Source: Candidatus Pacearchaeota archaeon (GTDB taxonomy: Archaea > Nanobdellota > Nanobdellia > Pacearchaeales > GW2011-AR1). Taken from it: a stretch of DNA of 24,000 nucleotides. The stretch spans positions 28,363-52,362 of the forward strand of contig JBAZXH010000001.1 of the NCBI GenBank assembly GCA_041659945.1, read 5' to 3'. Of this stretch, positions 23,926 through 24,000 are shown in pieces. The translations under genes and the position numbers were made by a program. Under the pieces are notes generated by a model that had not been told where the DNA came from, ran no database searches, and was given only the letters and a program-made list of their open reading frames with translations. How positions within the stretch are numbered: the stretch's first letter is position 1; each line of letters opens with the position of its first letter.

Positions 23926-24000
23926 TTAAATCCAGCCTTTCTTTTTTATACCTTCATTTGAAATAATAAATGAAAGAGTTTTTTCTGGCAGACTTCGGTG
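23926..24000 (-). CDS. Possible 3' end (24 codons plus stop) of a gene extending beyond the window
   Basis: The minus-strand frame is open from the window edge: HRSLPEKTLSFIISNEGIKKKGWI-stop, with TAA at 23926-23928. Too short to identify. Confidence 0.3.
   Translation of the reverse strand, partial: HRSLPEKTLSFIISNEGIKKKGWI

Noticed and set aside
1-24000. CRISPR arrays, rRNA genes, transposases or IS elements
   Set aside because: I saw no regularly spaced direct repeats, no rRNA-like conserved stretches, and no transposase or integrase-like ORFs on either strand.

Overview
AT-rich, very gene-dense sequence (about one third G+C by eye, not computed). It is clearly archaeal. All family calls below come from motif recognition in the supplied translations; no searches were run. 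The small proteins, short spacers, class III signal peptides and a murein-hydrolase-like gene suggest a small-genome DPANN-type archaeon, but that is inference.

Minus strand, 1-5171: the classic archaeal exosome superoperon. Order is Pop5 (RNase P), proteasome alpha, SBDS, Rrp4, Rrp41, Rrp42, then a truncated RpoK. Three unrecognised small ORFs are inserted, two of them 1-2 nt from their neighbours.

Plus strand, 7101-13212: an information-processing block of RNase J, a tail-anchored Q-rich protein, an Mtq2/HemK-like methyltransferase, Mre11, Rad50 and TFS. A type IA topoisomerase lies at 19794-22121 and tRNA-Lys(CUU) at 14279-14353.

Accessory content worth a second look:
1. A wHTH regulator, a pilin-like class III signal peptide protein and a secreted peptidoglycan-binding plus lytic-transglycosylase-like enzyme (14412-17211). 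This is the best candidate for a host-interaction or bacterial-wall-attack module.
2. The lineage-specific ORFs wedged into the exosome operon.
3. A four-gene ORFan island (5279-6993), plus other scattered Arg-rich ORFans that contrast with the Lys-rich core genes.
4. A heavily sequon-decorated LamG plus Cys-rich-repeat surface protein (22118-23776).
5. A TTAGG/CCTAA motif array with an 11-bp inverted repeat upstream of topA. It shares a CAATT-N25-AATTG geometry with a 13-bp inverted repeat at 23876-23920.

No CRISPR array, rRNA, transposase or integrase was seen.
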